From a virus (Duplodnaviria; Caudoviricetes), in the IMG/VR virus record IMGVR_UViG_3300030620_000004, positions 1 to 64,000 of that record: DNA of 64,000 bases; one strand, given 5' to 3'. How positions within the stretch are numbered: the stretch's first letter is position 1; every line of letters begins with the position of its first letter. The notes beneath the pieces are model-generated. The model ran no database searches. It had not been told where the DNA came from and saw only the letters and a list, made by a program, of their open reading frames with translations. Shown here one piece after another: positions 55,362 to 64,000 of this stretch. Both the position numbers and the translations under genes were made by a program.

Positions 55362-55885
55362 CGCGCTTGCCTCGCGGCTTGCTGCATCTCGCGTGAGACT
55401 TCCTCGCGCAGGATGTCGTCGATGAAGTTCTCGTTCAGCTCACGCAGGATGCCGAGCCCCTTACGACCCATAGGGTTGAAGATGCCGTCTTTCTGCATCG
55501 TCTTCGCGATGGCCCACGCAACTCCAATCGCGCTCTGCTCGTCGTCGGCAATGCCCTTGCGCAACGCCCACTCGGCAAGCGCTCGAATCATGGCGGCGCC
55601 AATCTTCACGTTCTCAGCCCGCACGCCCCCTTCGATGAACGGCGCGTGCGGCTCCGGGTTGAAGATGGCGACGACGTCACGCGAAACCCGCTCCGTCTTC
55701 CAGCCTGCTCGATAGGTCCCGCGGTCGACAGGCTGCGGTGACCTCGACGGGATGATTTCAGCGACGAGCTTCTGCAATCCGCGCTCGCCTGCCTTCACCA
55801 GCCCGATGCGGGCCGCCGCAAGCATGCGCTCGCCGAGCTCGCCAAAGAATCGCGAGGCGTCCTCCAGCTTGACCTCGGCTGCCAT
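55358..55885 (-). CDS. HK97 gp10-like neck/tail completion protein
   Basis: PVDRGTYRAGW...PHAPFIEGG. Confidence 0.7.
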   Translation of the reverse strand: MAAEVKLEDASRFFGELGERMLAAARIGLVKAGERGLQKLVAEIIPSRSPQPVDRGTYRAGWKTERVSRDVVAIFNPEPHAPFIEGGVRAENVKIGAAMIRALAEWALRKGIADDEQSAIGVAWAIAKTMQKDGIFNPMGRKGLGILRELNENFIDDILREEVSREMQQAARQAR

Positions 55886-56520
55886 CAGCCAAACCCCGGC
55901 GGTAGGTGCGCTTCGTTCACGCCAATCTGAGTCTCGGTACCGAGACGGTTGCGAGACTCGTCTGCACGCTCGAGGTTCACAGCCCAGTAGAGCGACCCCT
56001 CCGAACGACTCGGACCCCCGAACACTCGGTACCGCTGGCGCTCCGCCGGGTCGTCGCCACGCCCGTCCTCTTGCAACTCGTACCAGAAGTCGATGCGAGG
56101 GTTGCTCGCCTTTTCGATGGTCTTGCCGTTCACCCCTTGCCCAACGTCAGCACGCGGCGCCGACGTCGTCGCCCGGGGAATGCTCTTGCCGTTCAGCACG
56201 TCGAGCGTGTACGCACCCGCACTGATCTGGTCGACCCGGAGAGCACCCTCAGGAAAGATACCCGGAGGAAACGGCCTGCGTGCGATGGCGGTCAAGTCAC
56301 TGACGCGAGGCGTCGGCAAGAGCTCGACCTGCGCAAGCAACACCTCGACGCCTTCACCGCGCTCCACACCAGACCAAGTCGTCCAGACGAGAAAGATTCG
56401 CTTCGACCTGAGCCCGAACCGAGTGTTCAGCTGACGCAGCCGGTCGGCAACTCGCGTCAGCCGGTGCGCAAGCGAGCGCTTCGCACCTTCGGGTCCTGTG
56501 AGCGGTGCGGGTCGTGGCAA
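55885..56520 (-). CDS. Putative head closure protein
   Basis: Position; beta-rich. Confidence 0.5.
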   Translation of the reverse strand: MPRPAPLTGPEGAKRSLAHRLTRVADRLRQLNTRFGLRSKRIFLVWTTWSGVERGEGVEVLLAQVELLPTPRVSDLTAIARRPFPPGIFPEGALRVDQISAGAYTLDVLNGKSIPRATTSAPRADVGQGVNGKTIEKASNPRIDFWYELQEDGRGDDPAERQRYRVFGGPSRSEGSLYWAVNLERADESRNRLGTETQIGVNEAHLPPGFG

Positions 56521-56527
56521 GGCGTGC

Positions 56528-56893
56528 TCATTCTTCCTGCGGCTTCAGACCGTGTGCGGCGCCAACCACCTGCTTCGCTGCGAGGATGTTGCGAATGAAC
56601 GGCTGCAAGTCCTCTTGCGCCGCGCACAAGTCTTCGAGCGTCACCCCTTGCGGGAGTGCTTCCTCGCCAAAGGCGACCTCGCACGCAATCCGGGCCGCGT
56701 CATTGACCGTCCGCGCAATCGGCTTGGCCTGCGCGCAGCCCGCCAGGCCCCCCAAGACCCCCAGCAAAAGAGCCAATTCCGGCCCCCTGGGTGGCCTTCC
56801 AAGAGACTTTTGACCAGGGGGGGCCCCCTGGTAGGGGTCCAGGCCCAAAGTCGCCCTGGGAGCGCCTGGGTCGGGGAGTCGGGGAGTCTGCAT
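56528..56893 (-). CDS. Putative lipoprotein
   Basis: Hydrophobic stretch ending in the lipobox LAGC; two further Cys residues. Confidence 0.5.
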   Translation of the reverse strand: MQTPRLPDPGAPRATLGLDPYQGAPPGQKSLGRPPRGPELALLLGVLGGLAGCAQAKPIARTVNDAARIACEVAFGEEALPQGVTLEDLCAAQEDLQPFIRNILAAKQVVGAAHGLKPQEE

Positions 56894-56908
56894 TTCGGGT
56901 TCCTTTCC

Positions 56909-57325
56909 TTAGCCGACACGGACGTTGAGTCCGCCCGTCCCAAGCGCGCCAAGCCGCTTGTCAAACGGGTTGCGATAGACGCCCATCAGGTTCGCGAGCC
57001 CGTTCACCCATCGGTCGTAGACCTGGATGAGCTGACGCTGCTCTCGGTCCTGTCCCGTCGAGTTCACTTCAATCGTGTCGATCTTCGTGATCTGCAAGAG
57101 CTCGAGGTTCTGAATCATCTGCTCTTCGATTTGGTCGAGAATCTGAAGATGCCTGCGCACCTCGGGCAACGCCTCTTCGAGAATTCGATTCATCGCCCCT
57201 TCGACGATGAACTGGGTCTCGACGGCTGCCGGCGTGCCGAGCACGAAGGTCTGGGCTTCCTGGACGTTCAGGTAGCCCAAGTGCAGCCGAACCTTCACTT
57301 TCTCGATTTCGCTCAGCCCCGACAC
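56909..57325 (-). CDS. Head-tail adaptor protein
   Basis: LSEIEKVKVRLHLGY N-terminus; position after the capsid gene. Confidence 0.6.
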   Translation of the reverse strand: MSGLSEIEKVKVRLHLGYLNVQEAQTFVLGTPAAVETQFIVEGAMNRILEEALPEVRRHLQILDQIEEQMIQNLELLQITKIDTIEVNSTGQDREQRQLIQVYDRWVNGLANLMGVYRNPFDKRLGALGTGGLNVRVG

Positions 57326-57336
57326 GGGTCACCCTT

Positions 57337-57687
57337 TCAGCCTGCCAGCGCTTCCTCTTCCGTGATCTCTTGCAGCGGCACGCCTTGGCTGCGCAGCTTC
57401 GAAATGTTGTAGGTCGTCGTGTTCACGACCTTGCCCGCGTGGAGCTTCGCTCGGAAGCCCGTCGCTCCCATGATGCGCCGCTCCGCCGTAACACGGAAGT
57501 ACTGCACTGCCTCCCCCTTGCCCGTCTGCCGAGCAAACGCCTTCGCTGGGTGTTTCATCTGGGGTTCGGCAACTGCGTTCGCAGCGGCCTGCGTCATCGT
57601 GCCCGCTTCCTCAGGCATCGCTTCGACCGGTGCCTGCGAGAGCACCCTGACTTCTTCCTTTTCCTTCACAGCCTTCGTCTGTCGCAT
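57337..57687 (-). CDS. Hypothetical head-associated protein
   Basis: Directly downstream of the major capsid gene; GAGGAA RBS. Confidence 0.6.
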   Translation of the reverse strand: MRQTKAVKEKEEVRVLSQAPVEAMPEEAGTMTQAAANAVAEPQMKHPAKAFARQTGKGEAVQYFRVTAERRIMGATGFRAKLHAGKVVNTTTYNISKLRSQGVPLQEITEEEALAG

Positions 57688-57782
57688 GGTTTTCCTCTTT
57701 TCGTATTGGTGACGGCACTGACCGGCAACCCGTGGCTAAACAGGCTGCCGGCCTTCAACTACCATTCTAGCACGCCAGCCGA

Positions 57783-59189
57783 TTAGCTGCTGAGCGCGTG
57801 CTCGATGACCAGCGCTCGCTTGAAGCGTTGTGGACCGCCGCTCGTGACGTCGCTCGGAATCGGGAACGACGTGGTGATGCTCCACGAGGCCGCAACGATG
57901 TCCTGCAACCGATTCACGGGCGCTCGCAAGATGAGGCGGATGCGCTCCGTCTGCACCTCGATACCAGCGTTCACGATCGTGAACTCGCCCGCCTTGCCCG
58001 TGATGCCGGCCTCGGTCACGTAGCTCTTCTCGTCGAGCCACTTCTCGTAGATCGCTCCACGCCCCGTCAGCACCACGCGACCGATACCGATGTTCGACTC
58101 GTTCGTCGTCTCCGCACCGATGCCGCTCGAGTACTGCGCGTTCGCACCCGTCGGCACGAGGTCGCCCGCGTTGCCGCCGTCGGGGCTCTCCGTGTTCAGG
58201 AAGAATGCGATGCCTGCGAGGGTCCCGATGAACGCTTCCTGGTAGTAGCGATGGTCGGGCAGCGCAGTGTTCAGCCGCTGAAAGGCAGGGTCCTCGAACA
58301 CCTGCGAGTTGCCGTCGGTGTTGATGTGCGCGTGGAAGTACCCGTCCTCGTGCGGCGGGATGTTGTTCTTGCGCATCCGGTTCGTCGCATTGATGGCGTC
58401 CTGCAACGTGAAGATGTCCGTTGCGCCGATGGCGTCGACGCTCGAACCACCACCCGCTCGAATGACGTCAGGCTTCGCGACCGAGATGACAGCCGAGCGC
58501 ACTGCGACGATGGCACCCACCGCAGCGTCGAGCACCAACGTGCCAGGACCGAACGGGTCGTCCGGGTCGTCCGGAATCGCCTGCGTCACGTTGCGAACGA
58601 TGGCAAGCGTGTCCGGGTCGATGGTGATCTGCAACGGAGCACTCCCACTGACAGGCTGTGGGCGAACACCAGCCGCGCCTTGCAGGATGACGTCTGTGAA
58701 GCCGTTCAGCGCGGCGACACTGATCTGAGTGTCCACCGCTGCAGTCGCTACCGTCAGGTTCGTCTGCCCGCTGAGGTACGACTTGAACAGCTCGTTGCGA
58801 GGAATGCGGTTCAGTGATTGCCCCGCCTGCAACCCGAGCTGGTGGATGTTGCGCAGGAACTGGTCCGCATTCGACACCACGCTCGTCGGGATGTGGGTGT
58901 CGATGGTGCCAGCGAAGCGCTGAAGCCTCGCCACCCACTGCTCGTACGCCACCGCTTGCGGCGTCGGGTCGACACCCGCTGCGATGGGACGAGTGACCGG
59001 AGGAAGCAACCCGGGCCGCGACATGAAAATCTCGGTGCCGGTGTTGGCTTCCCACTGCTCCTCTTGTGCCTCGCTTCGATACAAGAGCCCCGGGTACAAC
59101 CCGTCGTGAAAGCTCCGCTCGAGCAGTCCTTGCTGGACTAGGTTGAGAATCTGAGGAGGCACCCCCAGAACGAGATTGCTGATTGCCAT
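57783..59189 (-). CDS. Major capsid protein (HK97 fold)
   Basis: 468 aa after the scaffold gene; FTLQDAINATNRMRKNNIPPHEDGYFHAHINTD; GGAG RBS. Confidence 0.85.
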   Translation of the reverse strand: MAISNLVLGVPPQILNLVQQGLLERSFHDGLYPGLLYRSEAQEEQWEANTGTEIFMSRPGLLPPVTRPIAAGVDPTPQAVAYEQWVARLQRFAGTIDTHIPTSVVSNADQFLRNIHQLGLQAGQSLNRIPRNELFKSYLSGQTNLTVATAAVDTQISVAALNGFTDVILQGAAGVRPQPVSGSAPLQITIDPDTLAIVRNVTQAIPDDPDDPFGPGTLVLDAAVGAIVAVRSAVISVAKPDVIRAGGGSSVDAIGATDIFTLQDAINATNRMRKNNIPPHEDGYFHAHINTDGNSQVFEDPAFQRLNTALPDHRYYQEAFIGTLAGIAFFLNTESPDGGNAGDLVPTGANAQYSSGIGAETTNESNIGIGRVVLTGRGAIYEKWLDEKSYVTEAGITGKAGEFTIVNAGIEVQTERIRLILRAPVNRLQDIVAASWSITTSFPIPSDVTSGGPQRFKRALVIEHALSS

Positions 59190-59337
59190 TGGTGGTTTCT
59201 CCGAGTGAGGTAGGAGGGGTTTGCTCGAACCGTCTCAACCAGAAACCACCTTGACTTGGACCGCGGGGTGGGCCGCGGAGCGCGGCGAGTCGGCTTGATC
59301 TGCTTGCAATACTGCCGTGACCCCGCGGGCGAGTCAA

Positions 59338-59371
59338 GCAGCCAATGGAATCCCGGGATTCCATTGGCTGC
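59338..59371. repeat. 34-bp perfect palindrome GCAGCCAATGGAATCCCGGGATTCCATTGGCTGC
   Basis: Read directly; between the scaffold and capsid genes. Confidence 0.95.
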
Positions 59372-59385
59372 CGACCGCTTCACAG

Positions 59386-60357
59386 TCAGTACGGGCGCAT
59401 CCCCTGGGAGCGCATGTACTCGTTCAGCTCCTGCTTCGTCATCGAGTTGGGCTGACCCGGCTTCACCGTCTTCCCCTTGAACGACCCGGCTTGATCGGCT
59501 CCCGCGGGGGCCGGCGGCCGCGCTGGCGCCTTCGTCGTCGTCACCGTCCGCTTCACCACAGGCTTGGTCCCTGCTGCAGGCACGACAGGCGCACCCGACG
59601 CTTGGTCGACCCCATTCGCAGACGGGTCAACCGCAGGCTTTGCAAGCCCCGGGTTCTCCTTTGCCCACTTCTCGAACCACCGCTCCGTCTGCTTCACGCC
59701 GAATTTCTTGAAGGATTCGGCGTCTTTCTTGAACAGCTCGACCATGGCTTCCGCAAAGTCACGCTTCGCGTGCTTCATGTACTGCGCCGCGACATAGCCT
59801 TGCGCCGCGCCCGAGATCACACTGTCCTGTTGGTGCACGAGCTCGGTCTGCTGCTGTTCCTTGAGCTGCACCTCGAGTTGCTTGATTCGAGCATCTTTCG
59901 TCGCCAAGTCGGCGTTGACGCGCTCCTGCTCCGTCTGACGCGCGCGCTTGCGTGCTTCCTCTTGCCGCTTCAGCCGCGTGTACTCCTCAGCTTGGTCCTT
60001 GTTGAACGCGCCGAGTTCCTTCCCCTTGGCAATGAGCTTCTTCACTTCCTCGGGGTCGTCGGTCCCAGCCAAGTCGCGCAGCAAACTCTTGCGAGACCGC
60101 TCAACCCGCTCGGAGATGGCTTCCTCGGTCATCGGCTTGCCGCCGTGGCCAAGCACCTTGGAACCTTCACCCTCAGGCTGACCTTCGGGCTTTGACTCTG
60201 CTGGACGCTCGCTTGTGGGCGGGGTCAACGGCTGTCCTGTCGACGAACCGACGAAGCCATGCAATGCAGGCTTCGTCGGTTCGGTTGGAGCAGGAGGGGT
60301 ACCGTCTGCCGGCTTCTGTTGGGACTGGGCCCCCGTCGGGGCAATGGGTTCAGGCAT
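59386..60357 (-). CDS. Capsid scaffolding protein
   Basis: Pro-rich termini, central coiled coil, C-terminal MTKQELNEYMRSQG helix. Confidence 0.75.
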   Translation of the reverse strand: MPEPIAPTGAQSQQKPADGTPPAPTEPTKPALHGFVGSSTGQPLTPPTSERPAESKPEGQPEGEGSKVLGHGGKPMTEEAISERVERSRKSLLRDLAGTDDPEEVKKLIAKGKELGAFNKDQAEEYTRLKRQEEARKRARQTEQERVNADLATKDARIKQLEVQLKEQQQTELVHQQDSVISGAAQGYVAAQYMKHAKRDFAEAMVELFKKDAESFKKFGVKQTERWFEKWAKENPGLAKPAVDPSANGVDQASGAPVVPAAGTKPVVKRTVTTTKAPARPPAPAGADQAGSFKGKTVKPGQPNSMTKQELNEYMRSQGMRPY

Positions 60358-60407
60358 TGTCGAGTGCTTCCTTTCCTCAGAGAAGCGGCGGGTTAGAAGT
60401 TACCGCT

Positions 60408-61115
60408 TCAGACTGCTTGCGCCGCTGCGTTCAGCACTGCTTGCAGCTGCTCACTTGCCACAGGCGCAACCACGACCTTCACGCGTGCTCGTGTCACGGC
60501 GTCGGCTGCCGCAAACGTCACGGTGCTCTTCGCCAGATTCAGGCGAGCCTGTCCCGCCGCAGGAGCACCGGCACCCGGTACCAGAACGATCTTCTTCCCC
60601 GTCGCGGTCCCAGCGACCACTTCGACCTCGGCCAAGAGCACGACGCCGAGCAACGTGATGCTGGCCGGCAACGTCAGCACGTTGGCGACCACCGGAAAGA
60701 ACGACTCGACGACGTCTCCGCCTTCGGGCTGGTAGCTCACGTCGAGGTCAGTCCACGCATCGGCTGCAAGCACGACGATGTTCCCGTTCGGGCCCACCGC
60801 GATTTCACCCGCACCGGGCGTGGTGCCAGATGCGACGATTGCCAGGACACCGAGAGTACCAGCCCCGGCGCGAGCGTACGCGCGCAGGATGTTCTGGGCC
60901 TTGGCCTTGTCCGGCATCACCAGTGCGTCGAGCGTCGCCAGGTTGTAGGGGCTTGCCCCCGCTGCGTCCGGGTTCGTCTTGCGCAAGTGTTGCGGAAGGT
61001 GCCCCGCCAGGAGGTCGCCGACCTTCGCGAGCCTGAACAAGTCAGGCAGACTGTTCGGGTTCGCACGGTTGAACGAGGTGTGGTTGGTGTCGTTGGACGT
61101 TGCTTCGTTGGCCAT
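60408..61115 (-). CDS. Putative head decoration / structural protein
   Basis: Ala/Val/Gly-rich, beta-rich; head module. Confidence 0.55.
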   Translation of the reverse strand: MANEATSNDTNHTSFNRANPNSLPDLFRLAKVGDLLAGHLPQHLRKTNPDAAGASPYNLATLDALVMPDKAKAQNILRAYARAGAGTLGVLAIVASGTTPGAGEIAVGPNGNIVVLAADAWTDLDVSYQPEGGDVVESFFPVVANVLTLPASITLLGVVLLAEVEVVAGTATGKKIVLVPGAGAPAAGQARLNLAKSTVTFAAADAVTRARVKVVVAPVASEQLQAVLNAAAQAV

Positions 61116-61214
61116 TTGGGGTCTCCGTCGTTTCTCCACTGCCGAGGCACGCCGAACGATGCGCGCTGGGAAGGTTTGCGAATCTCACAGCTCAGCAGGA
61201 CTGCGAGAGGTGAA

Positions 61215-61619
61215 TCAGTTACCGCTTGCGAAATACTCGAGTTTCGTGCTCGCTGCAACTTCGAGCAAGGTCACAGCCTTGTTGTCCGGGAACTCTGCCA
61301 TGTAGAGCCCGCGATGATGCGAGGTCGAGACGGTGCTCCCACCCAACCCGTCGTCTTGAGTAACTCGCAAGTCGAAGTCACTCTCGGCTCGGATGTAGAT
61401 GAAGTTCGCCTTGGGCACGTCTCGGGTCAGCCCGACTGCCGACAGCACAACGAACACGCTGGCGTCGGTCAGGATGCGCGTCAGGATGCCCGACGCGACC
61501 TGGAACCCCTTCGGGCTCTGGCTGAGTCCAAGGGGCGTCTGGAACTGGGCCGCTGGGAAGACCGTGCCTCCCGTTGGCGGCCCGCCGAGCAGGGTGCCCG
61601 AAACCGAAATCTGGCCCAT
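61215..61619 (-). CDS. Putative structural protein
   Basis: Beta-rich; strong GAGGT RBS. Confidence 0.6.
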   Translation of the reverse strand: MGQISVSGTLLGGPPTGGTVFPAAQFQTPLGLSQSPKGFQVASGILTRILTDASVFVVLSAVGLTRDVPKANFIYIRAESDFDLRVTQDDGLGGSTVSTSHHRGLYMAEFPDNKAVTLLEVAASTKLEYFASGN

Positions 61620-61629
61620 GGTTTACCTC

Positions 61630-61932
61630 TCACCCGCCGAGGCGAAACGGCTTCGCACCGTTGCCGATTGACCCAACGCCGACGTCAGGACCAGGCGAAG
61701 CTTGCACCTTAGGGATGAGCCCACCGGCTGCCGCATCGTCGGTGCTGCGGTCTGCGCCAGCTTCACGGGCGCCTTGCGGCGGTGGCTGCTGGTCGTCGAA
61801 GCGACGGCCGCTCCCGCTCGCTGCGCTTCCACGAGGGTTGGTCAGGAAGTTGTTTCCGGGCATTGCCTTGTCTCCTTTACCAGCACCGTTTCCAAACGGA
61901 TTGGTGCTGCCGTTTCCAGGCTCAGTCGCCAT
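61630..61932 (-). CDS. Gly/Pro-rich disordered protein
   Basis: GAGGT RBS; ends in KPFRLGG. Confidence 0.6.
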   Translation of the reverse strand: MATEPGNGSTNPFGNGAGKGDKAMPGNNFLTNPRGSAASGSGRRFDDQQPPPQGAREAGADRSTDDAAAGGLIPKVQASPGPDVGVGSIGNGAKPFRLGG

Positions 61933-61940
61933 GGGTCACC

Positions 61941-62195
61941 TCACTTTACGTTGAACCCGCTCTTGACGGGCGTAATTGCGGGGTAGGGGTTGTCTTGTCC
62001 CGTCAACTTGGCGGACCCCTGGCCGATTCCAGGTGCCCACCCGCTCATGGTCTGCTGGTCGTTGATCGCCGGTTTCTTCTCTGCGAGCGGGTTCGCAGGC
62101 ACAGCGTCAGGACGCGCATATCGCCCGACAACGTCGCGCGTCTGCGAGCTGCCACCTTGCCCGTCGAGTCTGAACGGTCTGCGAGCTGTTGCCAT
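61941..62195 (-). CDS. Small disordered protein
   Basis: AGGA RBS; begins MATARRPFRLDG. Confidence 0.55.
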   Translation of the reverse strand: MATARRPFRLDGQGGSSQTRDVVGRYARPDAVPANPLAEKKPAINDQQTMSGWAPGIGQGSAKLTGQDNPYPAITPVKSGFNVK

Positions 62196-62206
62196 GGGTC
62201 CTAAAG

Positions 62207-63214
62207 CTACGCCGGTTTTCCAATCGTGTCGAGTGGTACCGTCGTCATCAAAGGCCGAGGCGGCATCGCACGCTTGTTGCCCTCGAGTGCCCACCGCGCG
62301 GCCACCTCGGCATCGCTCTTCCACTCGAGTGCTGCTGGCAATGGCCAGTCGACGTTGTGCGGCACCACCGTCTCGCGGTCGTTTGGGCGTGCGGGCGGGT
62401 GTTGCATGCGCCCGTACCACGTCTCGAACGCCTCATGCGGACGCCGAATCTGACCATGTACCGCGTACGAATCTGCGGCCGTGCGGCTGTCGAAAGTCGC
62501 AACCAGAACCTTCAACATGCCACCGCCGACTTCTCGGTTCACCGCCCGGATACCCTCGAACTGAGCACGGTTGTGCGCCCCCATGAGCTCAGTGCGCACG
62601 ATACGTTCAGCCCAGTACGCAGGTTGCTCCTGCAAGAACGGGCTGTCGGCAATGAGCTCCTTTCGCACATCGGCCCACGGCACCTTGGCGAGAAACCGCA
62701 TCTGCAGCCGTTCCTCGAAGCGCTGCACGGTCTCCACCCCATAGCGTTCGAGGATGCCTGGGCCCTTCACTGAATCCCCAAGCAACCGGCGCAAGATGCT
62801 GCTCTCAGTGCCCTTGACGGCGTGGTCGAGCACCTGCGCTTCTCGAATCGGCAGCCGCTGGGCGATGCCAGTGAACCGCTGATCAGCACGCTGAATGTAC
62901 TCGAGCGTATGCTTGGCGGCCTGCTCGGCAGTGCGCTTCCCGTCGTCGACGACGACGTCGCGCACCCCTCGCTGCACTTCACCAACGGCAAGCTTCAACT
63001 GAGCCAGGGTTGTTCTGAGCTGAGCAGCTGTGAAGCTGTCGGCGCCTGCCCCTCGCAACCCCTCGACTTGACGCAGCCGTCGATTCAGTTTGGCCTGGGC
63101 CGATTTGAGCAATCCTACGGTCTGCTCGACACCTTTAGTGCGTGCAAGCTCGAGCGCCTGCGTACGGTCAGACTTGAGCAGGTGCAGCGGATTCGGTTTC
63201 GGACGTCTCGCCAC
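62207..63214 (-). CDS. Minor head protein (SPP1 gp7 / Mu F-like)
   Basis: AERIVRTELMGAHN...DSRT...HGQIR...HPPARPNDR. Confidence 0.88.
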   Translation of the reverse strand: MARRPKPNPLHLLKSDRTQALELARTKGVEQTVGLLKSAQAKLNRRLRQVEGLRGAGADSFTAAQLRTTLAQLKLAVGEVQRGVRDVVVDDGKRTAEQAAKHTLEYIQRADQRFTGIAQRLPIREAQVLDHAVKGTESSILRRLLGDSVKGPGILERYGVETVQRFEERLQMRFLAKVPWADVRKELIADSPFLQEQPAYWAERIVRTELMGAHNRAQFEGIRAVNREVGGGMLKVLVATFDSRTAADSYAVHGQIRRPHEAFETWYGRMQHPPARPNDRETVVPHNVDWPLPAALEWKSDAEVAARWALEGNKRAMPPRPLMTTVPLDTIGKPA

Positions 63215-64000
63215 CTTCTCCCTCCATTGGCTCCGAGCCATCGGGGAGTTCATCCCCCGTAGTCACCTCACCTGCAGCGCTCGGAAACATCGACGACTCG
63301 CCTTGACGGCGTTGCTGCTGCTCTGCTCGCAACCGGCTCCACTCGTCTTGCGGGTCCCGTTGCATTGCCGTCGCCAACTGCTCGACTGCCGTCTGCTGAC
63401 TCATCACCGGCTTACCACCAGTCGACAGCGTCAACGCCGTCGCTTCCTTCTGGTGGTCGTCGCTCGTCTGCTTGAAGTAGTCGGGCCACTCGAGCCACAA
63501 GTCACCTTCACCCGGCACGTGCGGCGACGTCTGCACCGTGAACTTGCCGGTGCCGTTGCCCTGTTCGTCGAGCACCTCCACCTTGTCGCGCTTGGGTGGC
63601 AGCACGACGGTGTACTCGACTTCGTCCGCCATCGGGTGTCCCGCATCGTCGAGCAACGGGTCGCCCGCTTCATCGACGTGCTCCTCGACGATCGTGCCTC
63701 CAACGTTCAGTCGCCTCGCTGTGCGAAGCATCCCTTCCAAGAGCCGAACAATCGCCTCGCCGTACTGGTCCCGCATGATGTCACCCTTGGCGAGCATCGG
63801 CGCGTACACGATCTTGAGCGCGACCGACGACGTCGCACTGCCGACGACTTCGTCCGGGTCAGGCACCACGCACTGGCAGGTCTCCAACACCTGCTCACGC
63901 TGCTTGTCGATCGTCGCATGGCCTGCCGTGACCGCAGTCCCGCCGAGCTCTAGGTAACTGGCGTCGCCCGACAGCCCCGTCACGATGGCATTCTCCGAGC
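63168..64000 (-). CDS. Portal protein, C-terminal part (5' end outside the window)
   Basis: Reading frame open to the window edge; directly upstream of the gp7-like gene; acidic tail. Confidence 0.75.
   Translation of the reverse strand, partial: SENAIVTGLSGDASYLELGGTAVTAGHATIDKQREQVLETCQCVVPDPDEVVGSATSSVALKIVYAPMLAKGDIMRDQYGEAIVRLLEGMLRTARRLNVGGTIVEEHVDEAGDPLLDDAGHPMADEVEYTVVLPPKRDKVEVLDEQGNGTGKFTVQTSPHVPGEGDLWLEWPDYFKQTSDDHQKEATALTLSTGGKPVMSQQTAVEQLATAMQRDPQDEWSRLRAEQQQRRQGESSMFPSAAGEVTTGDELPDGSEPMEGEGGETSETESAAPAQV

Noticed and set aside
1-64000. tRNA, rRNA, integrase or IS elements
   Set aside because: No cloverleaf or T-loop signature, recombinase catalytic motif or transposase was recognised by eye; tRNAscan and HMM searches would be needed to exclude them fully.

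Overview
The window is most of a tailed dsDNA phage genome of high GC, with virtually all genes on the minus strand. It has a contractile tail (sheath, tube, baseplate J, spike and hub). Minus-strand order: portal (cut by the window end), head genes, tail and baseplate, duplicated tail-fibre-like genes, holin-like genes, then a replication and recombination block (SF2 helicase, DnaB, primase, sigma-like factor, PolB, SSB-like, RecA, SbcD/SbcC, resolvase). Next come a translationally coupled nucleotide-modification cluster, an amidase, a DinG helicase, small hypotheticals and the terminase genes. terL sits at one end and portal at the other, so the genome is probably circularly permuted and only slightly longer than 64 kb. 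No integrase, tRNA or cas gene was seen. The host is unknown; Myxococcota is a guess from GC content, abundant TCGA and the I-G-like repeat. Highlights: (1) a single-spacer mini-array at 56-165 resembling type I-G CRISPR repeats, directly downstream of a small protein that may be an anti-defence factor; (2) a ParB-N / TGT(DpdA)-like / DUF3050 diiron oxidase / divergent FolE / LOG cluster without QueD, QueE or QueC, a candidate new DNA hypermodification pathway; (3) eight copies of an ATGGAWCCCGGGWTTCCAT palindrome at gene junctions; (4) a non-coding 20-bp alternating tandem array next to two Fis-like HTH genes. All calls come from visual motif recognition; no database search was run.
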